A stretch of 64,000 bases of DNA from a virus (taxonomy: Duplodnaviria; Caudoviricetes), in IMG/VR virus record IMGVR_UViG_3300015608_004971; one strand, written 5' to 3'. The notes beneath the pieces were generated by a model. The model saw only the letters and a program-made list of their open reading frames with translations, had not been told where the DNA came from and did no database searches. The first letter of the stretch is position 1. Each line of letters begins with the position of its first letter. The translations under genes and the position numbers were made by a program. Shown piece after piece: positions 28,627-39,179 of the stretch.

Positions 28627-29316
28627 ATGTATAATTTAAATGAAAAATTAAAAACTAAAGATAAAAATCTTTTTGAACGTTGGAAAAATGAAAGATTAGA
28701 TTATGTTTCTTTAGAGCCATATTTAGAATCTAAATATGCTTATAATTTTATTGTAGCATCATATAATAAAGATTATAATACTCCACCAAAAGAAATTATA
28801 ATCTTTAAAACAAAAATTTCACATATTGAAAAATTTCTTTTTTTCGAAGAAAAGCAACAAAGTCATAATCATATAGAGTGTATATATCTTGATGAAGATG
28901 ATTTCGTTGTTTCTGAATTTTGGTGGTCTGATGTTACACCGACAAATGAAGAAATTGTAGAAAAAAGCAAAAATGGTCCAGTATTTCTTCAGACAAGTGA
29001 GTGTCTTGGTCATAGTGATTATTTAGAAGATCATTATTTGACAGAATCTTCTCTAAGAAAATATATTAGAGAAAGATATCATATTCAACATGATATAAAA
29101 AAGGCTAAAAAATCTTTTGCAAAAAAGATACTTTATGGATACATAAAAGATAACATAAAACATATTCAACTTAACAACGCTATCGTTAATGTTAGTTTTA
29201 TTTTAAATAAACGTGATATTAAGAAAATAAAAAGAAAGAAACTTTTTACAAAAATGAGAATAGCGAAAGTTAGATTTAATGTGAAAATGTCACAATTAGA
29301 TAATATCGTAGTGTGA
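28627..29316 (+). CDS. hypothetical protein, paralog of 18684..19364
   Basis: Shared motifs as listed for 18684. Confidence 0.75.
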   Translation: MYNLNEKLKTKDKNLFERWKNERLDYVSLEPYLESKYAYNFIVASYNKDYNTPPKEIIIFKTKISHIEKFLFFEEKQQSHNHIECIYLDEDDFVVSEFWWSDVTPTNEEIVEKSKNGPVFLQTSECLGHSDYLEDHYLTESSLRKYIRERYHIQHDIKKAKKSFAKKILYGYIKDNIKHIQLNNAIVNVSFILNKRDIKKIKRKKLFTKMRIAKVRFNVKMSQLDNIVV

Positions 29317-29639
29317 ATATAATTTGGATTTTAAATGAAAACGAATATTTTTGAAAAAAGTTTAATTCATCAACTAGATGAGATAAAAAATTTAATTAAT
29401 GAATTTGGTATTAATTATGTTGTAAAAAATAGATTAAGTCAAATTTTGGCTAGTATTTCTAATGTCGATACAGCAAAAATTTCTTCTGATAAAGAATTAC
29501 AGAATTTCATAATGAATGCTAGAATAAATTCTGATAAAATATTTGAAGACGTCATGCCACTTCCAGTTTAATCTAATATCTAGAATTTCTTGTGTAACTT
29601 GAGATGTGATATTATATAATAATTATTATAGGAGATGTT

Positions 29640-30503
29640 ATGGGTTATCAACATATTACTAATCTTTATAAAAATAAATCAGTTTTAATGTTTAAAGAAG
29701 TTTATGCACTTGAAAAAGTTCACGGAACTAGTGCACATATTTCTTATAGACAAAATCAACTTTTCTTTTCGCCTGGTGGTGAGAAGCTAGTGAATTTTAC
29801 TAAACTTTTTGATCAAGATGAACTTTTTGAGAAGTTTAAACTTCTTGGTCATAATCATGTTGTTGTTTTTGGAGAGCTTTATGGTGGTTCTCAACAAAAG
29901 ATGAGCGCAACATATGGAAAAGATTTAAATTTCATTGCTTTTGAAGTAAAGATTGATGATGCTTGGCTAAACGTAAAAAATGCTTTTTCAGTTTCAGAAA
30001 AACTTGGAATAGAATTTGTTCCATTTGAATTAGTTGAATGCACGATTGAAAATCTAAATTTTGAACGTGATAGACCCAGCCGAGTTGCAAAACGTAGAGG
30101 AATTTTAGAAGATAAGCCTTCTGAAGGGATCGTTATCCGTCCATTGGAGGAAGTTTATTTTTCAAATGGTGATAGAGTTGTTGCCAAACACAAAACAGAA
30201 TTGTTTAGCGAACGAACATCAAAATCAGATACAATTATCAATGATGAGAAACTTACCTTGATGACTGAAGCAAAGGAAATTGCTTTAGAATGGGTAACTC
30301 CAATGAGATTGAATCATGTTCTTGATAAATTACCAAAAGACATTCAAATGAAAGATGTGCGTGAAGTTATTCTTGCTATGCAAGAAGATGTCACAAGAGA
30401 AGCTGCTGGTGAAATTGTTATTAACAAAAATGTTCTTTCTGAAATTGGAAAATTGACAGTAGAACTTTTTAAGAAGTTACGTCTTGATAAAAAAGTTAAT
30501 TAA
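29640..30503 (+). CDS. RNA ligase 2 (Rnl2)-like
   Basis: EKVHGT, FGELYG, FIAFE, EGIVIRP, AKHK, RLNHVL. Confidence 0.85.
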   Translation: MGYQHITNLYKNKSVLMFKEVYALEKVHGTSAHISYRQNQLFFSPGGEKLVNFTKLFDQDELFEKFKLLGHNHVVVFGELYGGSQQKMSATYGKDLNFIAFEVKIDDAWLNVKNAFSVSEKLGIEFVPFELVECTIENLNFERDRPSRVAKRRGILEDKPSEGIVIRPLEEVYFSNGDRVVAKHKTELFSERTSKSDTIINDEKLTLMTEAKEIALEWVTPMRLNHVLDKLPKDIQMKDVREVILAMQEDVTREAAGEIVINKNVLSEIGKLTVELFKKLRLDKKVN

Positions 30504-30525
30504 TAATAAATAATTATGTTGTAAA

Positions 30526-31308
30526 ATGAATGAACTAATAAAAAAATTAGCTCTAAGAGCAGAATCTATTGGAATAACAAAACATCAATTTGATTTTATT
30601 GTTTCTTCTTATAATAGAAGTGATCGTTTTTATCACAATTTGAAACATATTGCTGATTGTTTCGATTTGTATGATAGAACTATTAATAATTTTGCTTTTA
30701 CTCAGACTGAAAAGTTAATTATTCAATTAGCAATTATGTATCATGATGTAGTTTATGATGTCAAAAATCATAACGGCGAAAATGAATTACTTTCTGCTGC
30801 TTTAGCAAATTATCATTGCAAATCACATGATCATGAAAAACTAGCTTATATGATTGAAAGATCTTTTGCGCATAAAGAATCACAATTTGCATGTGTAAAT
30901 TATTTTCTTGATATTGATATGTCAATTCTTGGAACAGATGAGTCTTCTTTTAAAGAGTATAGAGATAACATAAGAAAAGAATATTCTATTTATGATGATG
31001 TTACATTTTTTAAAGCAACAGTGAAATTTTGTAACAATTTGTTAACTAAAAGAATTTATCATACTGAACTCTTTTATAGAGAATTTGAGGAAAATGCTAA
31101 AAATAATTTAAAGAAATGTAAGAATGAAGCATTAAAAATGCTAGTTAAAAATATTTTTTTAGAATATCATAAAGTTGAATCTTTAACTAAAGATGAACTT
31201 CTTGAAATTTCATCTTTGTTTGATACAAAATGTGAAATTCCTGCTTCTTGTACGAAAGAAGAAATCCTTATGTCATTAGGACCAGTTTTTGCGTTTTATC
31301 TAACTTAA
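30526..31308 (+). CDS. HD-superfamily phosphohydrolase
   Basis: RFYHNLKH, YHDVVYD, NE..SA, DIDMSILG, IRKEY. Confidence 0.85.
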   Translation: MNELIKKLALRAESIGITKHQFDFIVSSYNRSDRFYHNLKHIADCFDLYDRTINNFAFTQTEKLIIQLAIMYHDVVYDVKNHNGENELLSAALANYHCKSHDHEKLAYMIERSFAHKESQFACVNYFLDIDMSILGTDESSFKEYRDNIRKEYSIYDDVTFFKATVKFCNNLLTKRIYHTELFYREFEENAKNNLKKCKNEALKMLVKNIFLEYHKVESLTKDELLEISSLFDTKCEIPASCTKEEILMSLGPVFAFYLT

Positions 31309-32092
31309 AATTAGAAAATTTATTGTATGTTTTAGATTTTATACAACGGTAGTGAAATATGATAATTACATTAATCAAATATATTGATACTGAAATTCCT
31401 GATCCACCAACGGGATTTTATTGGAATTCTGACAATTATCTTTGTAAAGAAGACAATGATAAGAAAATTGCTTTTTTGGAACTTTCTAAAAATGATTATT
31501 TTTATGTCCGTTTCATGCACAATGGCGAAAATAAATATTCTCTATTTGAAAATAGAATAGAAGCAATTAATTGGCTTTATAAATTATTAAATGATGTTTG
31601 TTGAAAAATGAAAAAAATTATAACAAAATCTTCACAAAAGAAAGATCCAAGAAGAAAGATCCTAAAGCAAATAATTTATGCTAGACAAAAACCATACAAA
31701 TGGAATCCTTTTAGAGATTTAGAGTGCGTTGATTTGCATAAATTTATTGACGGCGTTATTGTTGCAACATTTCTTAAAAAGCGGAAAAATTTAAAATGAA
31801 TAATAACAAAAAATATAATTTAACAATTCAAGATATCGATCTTAGTCCATTTATAGATGAGCATCAAAAAAATCAAAGTGATGAGGAAAAGCTACAATTT
31901 GCTAAAATTATAATTGATGATCTTTTTTCATATATGATTGTGCAAATTCATTTTAATGAGCTAAACAATTTGAGCTACGATTCTATTTCAGAGGATGTAA
32001 GACAGGCATCGTCAAAAATATATGAAAAGAAATTGGAAATTGCAAAATATATGCTAGATAACTTTAAATTATCCTAAAATATAATAAAAATA

Positions 32093-32718
32093 ATGCAAAT
32101 ATTATCATTTTTAAAAAAATCATTGCCTGAATTTGAATGGAAACAATCAGAGCTTTTTGATACTGTTATTCGTGGTACTTTTTATTTTAAACAACATTGT
32201 CAAATGTGTCCAAAACGCTCAATGTTTTGCACACATGAAGCTATTGCTAAACCGTTTTCTTTTTGGATCGAATGGAATAATGATGAATGTGTATGGGATA
32301 GTGACTGGATTGAACCTCAAAAAAATATTCTAAAAGCCGCGATGATGATGATGTCATCCCTAAATTTCATTTAGATTTTTATGATGGCCCGCTTTCTGGA
32401 ATAATTGAGTGTTGTGGGCAAATATTTTACGTTTCAGCGATCTATTATGAAGATCGTCAATGGTGGTCTGCTTGGGAACTTACTGATGAAGAAAAATCTC
32501 TAATTTTAGAGGATCACAGTAATTTTCAAAAATATGTTGGCTATAATACATCTTATTATATGGATGAAAAAGAAAACTTTAAAACAGATATTAATAATTT
32601 AAAATCTATGGAAAGCTGGGATCTTTATTACAAGAATCCAAACAAAATTCAAATTGATTTTAAAAAGATTAAAGAAAGAGAAATTTTTGGGATTCTTGAG
32701 AATCCGTTCTGGAATTAG
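32093..32718 (+). pseudogene. hypothetical gene split by a -1 frameshift at an A7 run
   Basis: ORF 32093..32374 overlaps an open frame without a suitable start (FYDGPLSG...ENPFWN-stop 32718); one extra A at 32319-32325 fuses them. Confidence 0.5.
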
Positions 32719-33342
32719 CTAAATAAATCTATAAAGGGAATTAAAATGATGAATTTTATTTGTAATTTTACATCAAACTATGCTTTTGTTGAACAATCAA
32801 TGCATATGATTGCGAGAATTGTATGTTATATGTAACATCATATGCGTTTCAACAAATATATTTTGGTATTGCCTTCTTATCTTTAGGCATGTTTATGTAT
32901 ATTGTAAAAAAGTCAAAAAAAGAACAGAGTATTATCGCAAATATATTTTGTTTTTTTTTGTGGCCAGTAATTATTATTCCACTAACAATAACTTTTTTGA
33001 GAGTAAGTAAAAATGATGACAAAAACTTTTGGTAATTTTTCTTTCGGGTTTGACTCTGCTCTGGAATCTGGTTTTATTAATATTCCTCACTGCGAATCAT
33101 ATTCGTCTAAATTGACACTCTTTAGAAAAGAATTTAGAGTTAGTCTTTTTGGTTTATATATTTCATATAATAAAAAAATTGCGGCCTTTTAATGTTATAC
33201 ACGTTTATTTCTTATTTTTTAATTCCGCTTATTATTGTGATGCTGCTAGCATTTGCAGCAAATAAAATTGCTACAGTTTTTTATGATATTTGGGTTACTA
33301 TTGCTCTGAATTTTATAAAAAGCTTTAAGGAAACATCTAAAG

Positions 33343-33516
33343 ATGAAAAAGAAGAAGAATAAAAATAAAGGCTCTAAAGAAAGAAGACAAGAGATTGTCA
33401 AAGCAGGCCATTTTGATGGTAGATTTAAAACAAGAAAAGTTGAAACAAAGAAAAATAAAATGCGTCGCAAAAGACAAAAAGGACCATCTCCAAATGATGG
33501 AGATGATTGTAGTTAA
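33343..33516 (+). CDS. small basic protein (57 aa)
   Basis: Translated by hand: MKKKKNK...GHFDGRFKTR...DDCS-stop; SD AAGGA. Confidence 0.65.
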   Translation: MKKKKNKNKGSKERRQEIVKAGHFDGRFKTRKVETKKNKMRRKRQKGPSPNDGDDCS

Positions 33517-33856
33517 AGCAACAAATAAAGAGAATATTGAAAAAAAGATAGAATATCAATATTCTAATAGAGACGATGGTGAAAAAAAACACATCGGATC
33601 GACTTTAGAAAAGCAAAGAAAAGAATATTTTAAAAATTTATTTTATAACAAGGAGCACAACAAAGCCATGCCAAAGATTAGGCTTGACGATTTTGATGAA
33701 GATCTAACAGCATCAGACCTCCATTATCAAGAAGATTTTGATCGCAAGCGAAAGAAGTCGCATAAAGGAGCAAAATTGATTGTTTATAGCGATGAAAAGA
33801 TTTCCGCCGATGGCGATGAAGATCATAAAAGTGATGATAAATTAAATGATAAGTGA
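33503..33856 (+). CDS. RxDG mini-gene fused in frame to a downstream acidic ORF
   Basis: MIVVK...NRDDG; internal AAGGAG then ATG (MPKIRL) at 33668. Confidence 0.55.
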   Translation: MIVVKATNKENIEKKIEYQYSNRDDGEKKHIGSTLEKQRKEYFKNLFYNKEHNKAMPKIRLDDFDEDLTASDLHYQEDFDRKRKKSHKGAKLIVYSDEKISADGDEDHKSDDKLNDK

Positions 33857-34280
33857 CGAGAATAAGATACTTTATAATAGTATCCCAGCATTAAAAATTT
33901 TGAAAGATGCTTTAGAAAAATTCCCAAAGAATCAATTTGTGCAATCTTGCAAAGAATTTCTCTTAAAGAGAGGATTTTTATCCGACAAACAAAAAGAAGC
34001 TCTTTTAAATATAAAAGAAAATAATAGCAATCATAAAAAATCATGGAGCTATTTTTCGAACAATAAAAAAGAAAAAGAAAATAAATCTGAATATGAACAA
34101 TATTCGATCGACGAGGAAGACTATTATGATGATAACGGGAACAAGATAGGAACGTCGGCTTGGGTAAAAAATAATACTGGCGGAAGAACTTTTACTGTTT
34201 ATAAAAATGGGCGTACAATTAGTTATTTTGGTGGTCCTTGCGGACCACTGGTAACAGATGAAAATGGTGAAGAATGTTAA
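33846..34280 (+). CDS. hypothetical protein
   Basis: 144-aa ORF; F.QS......RGFLS.KQ...L motif. Confidence 0.65.
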   Translation: MISDENKILYNSIPALKILKDALEKFPKNQFVQSCKEFLLKRGFLSDKQKEALLNIKENNSNHKKSWSYFSNNKKEKENKSEYEQYSIDEEDYYDDNGNKIGTSAWVKNNTGGRTFTVYKNGRTISYFGGPCGPLVTDENGEEC

Positions 34281-34643
34281 GTATTAAAAGGAACAATTAT
34301 TAATGAATAGCAAAGATATGATTGATTTCGATCCTTCTTTAGACCACGAAAATAAGAAAATTCTAAATGAAGATCAAATTGTAATTTCTTTATTTGTTGA
34401 ATTTGGGCAGCTTTTACCATCATATTTGATTAGAACTATTTGCGTTTCTTTTATAGCTTACAAGATACTCTTGACCTTTCAGGCATCATTTGGTCTGCTG
34501 TTCTTTGTTTTTCTTTTGTTTCCATCAGGAAGACACGATATGAGTACAGCAATTTATAGATCATACCTTCGTATGATTAAACTTGAAAAACAGAAAAAGG
34601 CATGACCGGAATGGTGCGATGCGCTTTCCGTAAAACATTGAGC

Positions 34644-34706
34644 TTGACAGCCAGCGCCAGCCGTGCTATCATGCTTTGAGCAACACAGCGGCAACGATAA
34701 AGCCGC
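34644..34706 (+). promoter_or_regulatory. repeated promoter plus leader hairpin, copy 6
   Basis: Identical block. Confidence 0.9.
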
Positions 34707-34722
34707 AGCAAGGAATCAGCAA

Positions 34723-35184
34723 ATGAGCAGCCAAAACGAAACAATCCTTAAGCTCGTTGCCGAGCTTAAAGCATCAGCAATTGACGGAATTTCAATTAAC
34801 GTTTCGGAGAAGCCGGATGGATCGGTTTCGGTCGTTTTCTGCCGACCTTCGGCAGAAAACGTTCTTGATCCGCCGACAGAAATCGATTGTGTTGGTAACA
34901 AATTTTGGAAGAATAAAGGCGGATTGCGCCATCGTGACGGTGATTTGCCTGCCGTTATTTATGCTGATGGCAGCAAAGTTTATTATAAGAACGGAAAGCT
35001 TCATCGTGACGGTGATTTGCCTGCCTTTGAACATGCTGATGGCACCAAATATTATTATAAGAACGACCTTTTTCACCGCGACGGCGGAAAGCCTGCCGTG
35101 ATTAGCCAATATAAATACCAATATTGGCTTGACGGAAAGCTTATTTTGACCGTGAACCATAAGAATGGTGTTGTCGAGATTTAG
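34723..35184 (+). CDS. HRDGDLPA-repeat protein (3 repeats)
   Basis: ATG 34723 after AAGGA; conserved N-domain and C-cap. Confidence 0.9.
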   Translation: MSSQNETILKLVAELKASAIDGISINVSEKPDGSVSVVFCRPSAENVLDPPTEIDCVGNKFWKNKGGLRHRDGDLPAVIYADGSKVYYKNGKLHRDGDLPAFEHADGTKYYYKNDLFHRDGGKPAVISQYKYQYWLDGKLILTVNHKNGVVEI

Positions 35185-35210
35185 GCAAAGCACCACTAAG
35201 GGAAAGAAAA

Positions 35211-35489
35211 ATGACCACACCCAATAATATTGTTGCGCCGACACAATCAGAAATCAGTGATAATGATCCGCCGACAGAAATCGATCATTTTGGCAATAAA
35301 TGTTGGAAGAATGAAGAAGGGAATCTTCATCGCGATGGTGATCTGCCCGCTATTGAATGGGCAAGCGGTCTCAAATATTATTATAAGGAAGGAAAGCTTC
35401 ATCGCGACGATGGGAAGCCTGCAATTGAATATGCCGATGGATCTGTAGAATTTTGGGAAAATGGAATCAAGCAGCCAGAAAGAATTTAA
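35211..35489 (+). CDS. short HRDGDLPA-repeat protein (2 repeats, different termini)
   Basis: Shares DPPTEID junction DNA and repeats with the family. Confidence 0.85.
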   Translation: MTTPNNIVAPTQSEISDNDPPTEIDHFGNKCWKNEEGNLHRDGDLPAIEWASGLKYYYKEGKLHRDDGKPAIEYADGSVEFWENGIKQPERI

Positions 35490-35810
35490 TACAAAAAGGA
35501 TTTCATCTTAAGATGATAAGAGGTCCGCCATGGTAAATCCAGACGAATACATCGTGAACGTTTATTATTTTGATGGCGAAGAACAAAAAATTGTGCTGCC
35601 AATCAAAAATAGAAAAATGCCATCCTTAAACGAGATTATTTATCATACACGAGGATTAAAGGAAATTGAAAAAATTATTTCCGAGGGTGGCCGGGTTATC
35701 TTTTCTGTGACAAATTTGGACTTTGACAATAAAGAAGAATAATATTCGCAAAGAAAAAAGATAAAAAGGTTTTATCAATATTTCTTTGTATATTTTTTAG
35801 GACAACAAAA

Positions 35811-36560
35811 ATGACTAGCAAAAAAAGTGCGTCACAACAGCAAGTAATTCCAACTGTGGATAATCCCTTTCCAAATATCGAAAAGGATGTATTTATCGAT
35901 CTAGAATGGCGTCACGACGAAGAAATCGAGAATGTTCACGGCAAATACACATATTATCAGGGCGTTCCCTATCTTTATTTCGGTCCTCGGGCCTGCTATA
36001 AAGAAGGCGATATTATTACTTGGATGATGAGCAATAAAGCGACTGGAATTGTGATTTCTGTTGATCGTCAAGGGCTTAAGGCGGCCCATGATGAATTGTA
36101 TAAGTTCAATACTTATCTTTGGGTAAAGATTATTAATGCTGAATATCCCGATTGGGAAGCTGAAACGGAAAACAAAGAAGTTCCCGATTTCGTTGTCGAA
36201 ACTGTAAATGGAATCCCTGTTTCGCAGCTTTCGCATCTTTCGCCAGATTGGATTCCCATTGATCCCAAAAATGGTGTCCGTTATGACGGAAAGACTGTAT
36301 CGTTCCCATATTGGGATAAGTCGCACGTTCAGCAAGTAAACAAAGAACGATTTGAAATGCGCCTCAGAACGATCAAAAAGTATGGTTCTGGTGCTGTTGA
36401 TTTGTTTTTTGATCGATATGCAGAGATTGGCTTGAATATGCCAAAACTGGTATTGGACAACGTTTCACCGACTTTGATTAAAGATTGTCTTTCGGAAGAT
36501 GTTTTGGAAAAGTACTTTCCAGAACTTGCAAAAAACATCAAAGACAATCAGCAACAATAA
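35811..36560 (+). CDS. hypothetical protein
   Basis: 249-aa ORF with more GC-rich codon usage than background. Confidence 0.75.
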   Translation: MTSKKSASQQQVIPTVDNPFPNIEKDVFIDLEWRHDEEIENVHGKYTYYQGVPYLYFGPRACYKEGDIITWMMSNKATGIVISVDRQGLKAAHDELYKFNTYLWVKIINAEYPDWEAETENKEVPDFVVETVNGIPVSQLSHLSPDWIPIDPKNGVRYDGKTVSFPYWDKSHVQQVNKERFEMRLRTIKKYGSGAVDLFFDRYAEIGLNMPKLVLDNVSPTLIKDCLSEDVLEKYFPELAKNIKDNQQQ

Positions 36561-37154
36561 AAAGCTTGTTTGTAAGTAAATTTGTTTTGATAGGCTCTGA
36601 TAGAAAAAAATCACTATTAACCTATCAAAATGTCAACATTGAAAAATGGACTAAAATGTCAAATCGCGATAAAAATAACTTGAAGCAACATAAAAATAAG
36701 CAAAGACTATTTTCCTCAAGTACTGAGCGCGCTGATAGGCGTCAAAAAATCCATTTGATCAGAAGGGAACTCATTGATTCTGATGAGATTGACTTTGTTT
36801 CTGATCGTAACGGCTTTGTTCACAAAAACATTGATTAACCATCAAATGAGGTGCGATTATGGGTGCCAAAAGAGCAGCAACACTTCGTCAATCAAAGTTT
36901 AATATTCAAACCAAACTTGATGAAGGACGACAAGCCCAACTTATTTATGGCAACAATTGCCGTTATTGCGGAATTTGGTCCGAAAAGGTCAAAAAAGTCG
37001 GTGTCTATATTTGCGAAGAATGCTATTCACAAAATCCTAGAAGAAAGTAAACAAAGAACAGGAGTTTAAATGCTTGTAGCAGTTATTATCGCTTTTATTC
37101 TGTTTTTCGGCCTACGCTAAAACATATGAAGTTCAAAAATAGAATATTCCTTTA

Positions 37155-37184
37155 GCACCGCAGTTATTGCGGTGTTTGTCTTTT
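37155..37184 (+). terminator. intrinsic terminator
   Basis: CACCGCA-GTTAT-TGCGGTG followed by T-rich tract. Confidence 0.7.
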
Positions 37185-37431
37185 AAAGACATATAAAATT
37201 ACGTTTTTGACAGGTACAAGCAAATGGATAAAAACGAAAAAAACTTTACATTTAAAGTATTATTCGGCTGTAGCGAGATTGAAATAATTTTAGCCACAAT
37301 GAGTAACTCTCTTTATCATTTATATATTCATGATAAAAAAATTGATGGACTTGTTTATTTTAATAAGAAAAATTTATCAAAAGAACAAATAGTTTCTGAA
37401 GTATATAATTTTTCACAGCACGTTAAAAATA

Positions 37432-37560
37432 ATAATTAAATTAAGCCACCTAGCTTGCCCTGTGGCTGGCGCTTCCAATAAAGCCGTGCATCGCATGGCT
37501 AAGCGACAGAACGCCAGCCGCAGGCCAAGCCAGACGCTTGCAAAGCCACGGCAAGCGTGC
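37432..37560 (+). repeat. 129-bp GC-rich structured repeat, copy A
   Basis: One mismatch versus 57519..57647; nested hairpins. Confidence 0.92.
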
Positions 37561-37821
37561 AGCAAACAACGCAAGAAGAGAGCCGAGCCAAAATATGAGA
37601 AATAAGAAAATAGAAAAATCTCATAAAAAGATTTTAAATAAAATTGAAAAAGTATCAATTAAAATTTCAAACGATCAAATTTTGGCTCTTCTAAAAGATG
37701 ATGAATGGCGCTATGAAAAAAATAGCTGATTATCTTTTTTGTACAATAATTGTTTATATTGCAAAAAAATACTTTGATCCCGATTTTAATAATATCAACA
37801 AGAAGAAAAAGGAAAAACAAA

Positions 37822-38289
37822 ATGATTAATGGAAGTTTAGAGAAAGCGACATCACTTGATCTTGAAAAAGATTTTCTTGATGGTTTTGACCGTTTAACGC
37901 GCCGCAAAATTATGGAAAATATCAGTAAGCATAACAACATTATTGGCAAAAAGTTCTCTGAATCAAAAAAGACTTTTTCTTTTGTTAGAAAATTAATTCT
38001 CGCAATCGAAAAGAAAGAATATAAAAAAGATTTTATTGTGAGCGAACGCGAAAACCTATTTCTCGAAACACCAAGATTTAAGATGGAAATTCCAGAAATT
38101 ACAAACTCAAGTGATAATTTGAAGATCGTTGTTGGATGGAATTTTATTGCTGTTCCAACAAGTAATGGAAAATCGCTTATTGTTCCTCTTGCAGCTTTTT
38201 CTGTTGATACGACGGAGACTTTTGAGGCGATCAAGCAAAAGTTTGAAGAAAAACTAAAAGAAAAGCCTTTGATTGTGAAGCAAAAATAA
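37822..38289 (+). CDS. hypothetical protein
   Basis: SD AAGGA before ATG 37822. Confidence 0.7.
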   Translation: MINGSLEKATSLDLEKDFLDGFDRLTRRKIMENISKHNNIIGKKFSESKKTFSFVRKLILAIEKKEYKKDFIVSERENLFLETPRFKMEIPEITNSSDNLKIVVGWNFIAVPTSNGKSLIVPLAAFSVDTTETFEAIKQKFEEKLKEKPLIVKQK

Positions 38290-38291
38290 TA

Positions 38292-38525
38292 ATGATTGTA
38301 TTTAAGATGCGTTCCAAAGAAGATTATTATTTGAATTCCTCTAATAGAAGGATCTATCGTTTTGACGGTCTTTCAATTTTTATAAAATATGTTGAAGACA
38401 ACTATCTTTCAACGCAAAGATATTCAACACTAGAAACTTCAACTTTTATAAATTTTTCTTCATATAAAAATGAAAATAGAATTCATAATTTTAATAATGA
38501 TCTTTTTGAGAGAGATATAATTTAA
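38292..38525 (+). CDS. RxDG mini-gene family member
   Basis: MIVFK...RFDG...DII-stop. Confidence 0.8.
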   Translation: MIVFKMRSKEDYYLNSSNRRIYRFDGLSIFIKYVEDNYLSTQRYSTLETSTFINFSSYKNENRIHNFNNDLFERDII

Positions 38526-38746
38526 TGATTTTATTCAAGATAGGTTCCCGAAATGACTATTATTTAGACTTCCGTAAAGAAAGAATCTGTCGTTTTGACG
38601 GTTTATCAATTTTTAGAAAATACGTTGTTAGCGACTATCTTTCAGTGCAAAGATATGCAATACCAAATTTTTCTATTTTTATAAAAGAAATGAATAAAAT
38701 CCATAATTTTAACAGTAGTTCTTCATCGAATAGAGATATAATTTAA
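38525..38746 (+). CDS. RxDG mini-gene family member
   Basis: MILFK...RFDG...DII-stop; close paralog of 38292. Confidence 0.8.
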   Translation: MILFKIGSRNDYYLDFRKERICRFDGLSIFRKYVVSDYLSVQRYAIPNFSIFIKEMNKIHNFNSSSSSNRDII

Positions 38747-38970
38747 TGATTGTTTTTAAGATATCATTCTATGAATATAAATATAGCGATTTTTTTAAAT
38801 ACAAAAAGTATCATCGTTATGATGGTGCTTCATTGTTATCTACAAAAAGCAACAACAAAGATTATTCTACAATTGATTGTAGATATTTTTTAGATTTCTC
38901 TTCCTATAAAAAAATGAATAAAGCCTCTAATTTTAACAATAGTTCTTCTTTAGAAAAAGATATTATCTAA
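38746..38970 (+). CDS. RxDG mini-gene family member
   Basis: MIVFK...RYDG...DII-stop. Confidence 0.8.
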   Translation: MIVFKISFYEYKYSDFFKYKKYHRYDGASLLSTKSNNKDYSTIDCRYFLDFSSYKKMNKASNFNNSSSLEKDII

Positions 38971-39179
38971 TGATAATTTTCAAGATGTCTCATTTTTTGC
39001 AATATTTCACAAATGAATTTAGTATACAAATTTATCGTTATGATGGTATTTGCGTTGCATCAAATTGCTATGGCAGCGCAAGATATGCAACTCAGCAAGA
39101 TTTATATCTTCTGGATCTTTTTGAATTTAAACATAAAGCTCTCTTTTTAAAAAGAGTTTCAAATAATGATTGTATTTAA
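38970..39179 (+). CDS. RxDG mini-gene family member
   Basis: MIIFK...RYDG...DCI-stop. Confidence 0.8.
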   Translation: MIIFKMSHFLQYFTNEFSIQIYRYDGICVASNCYGSARYATQQDLYLLDLFEFKHKALFLKRVSNNDCI

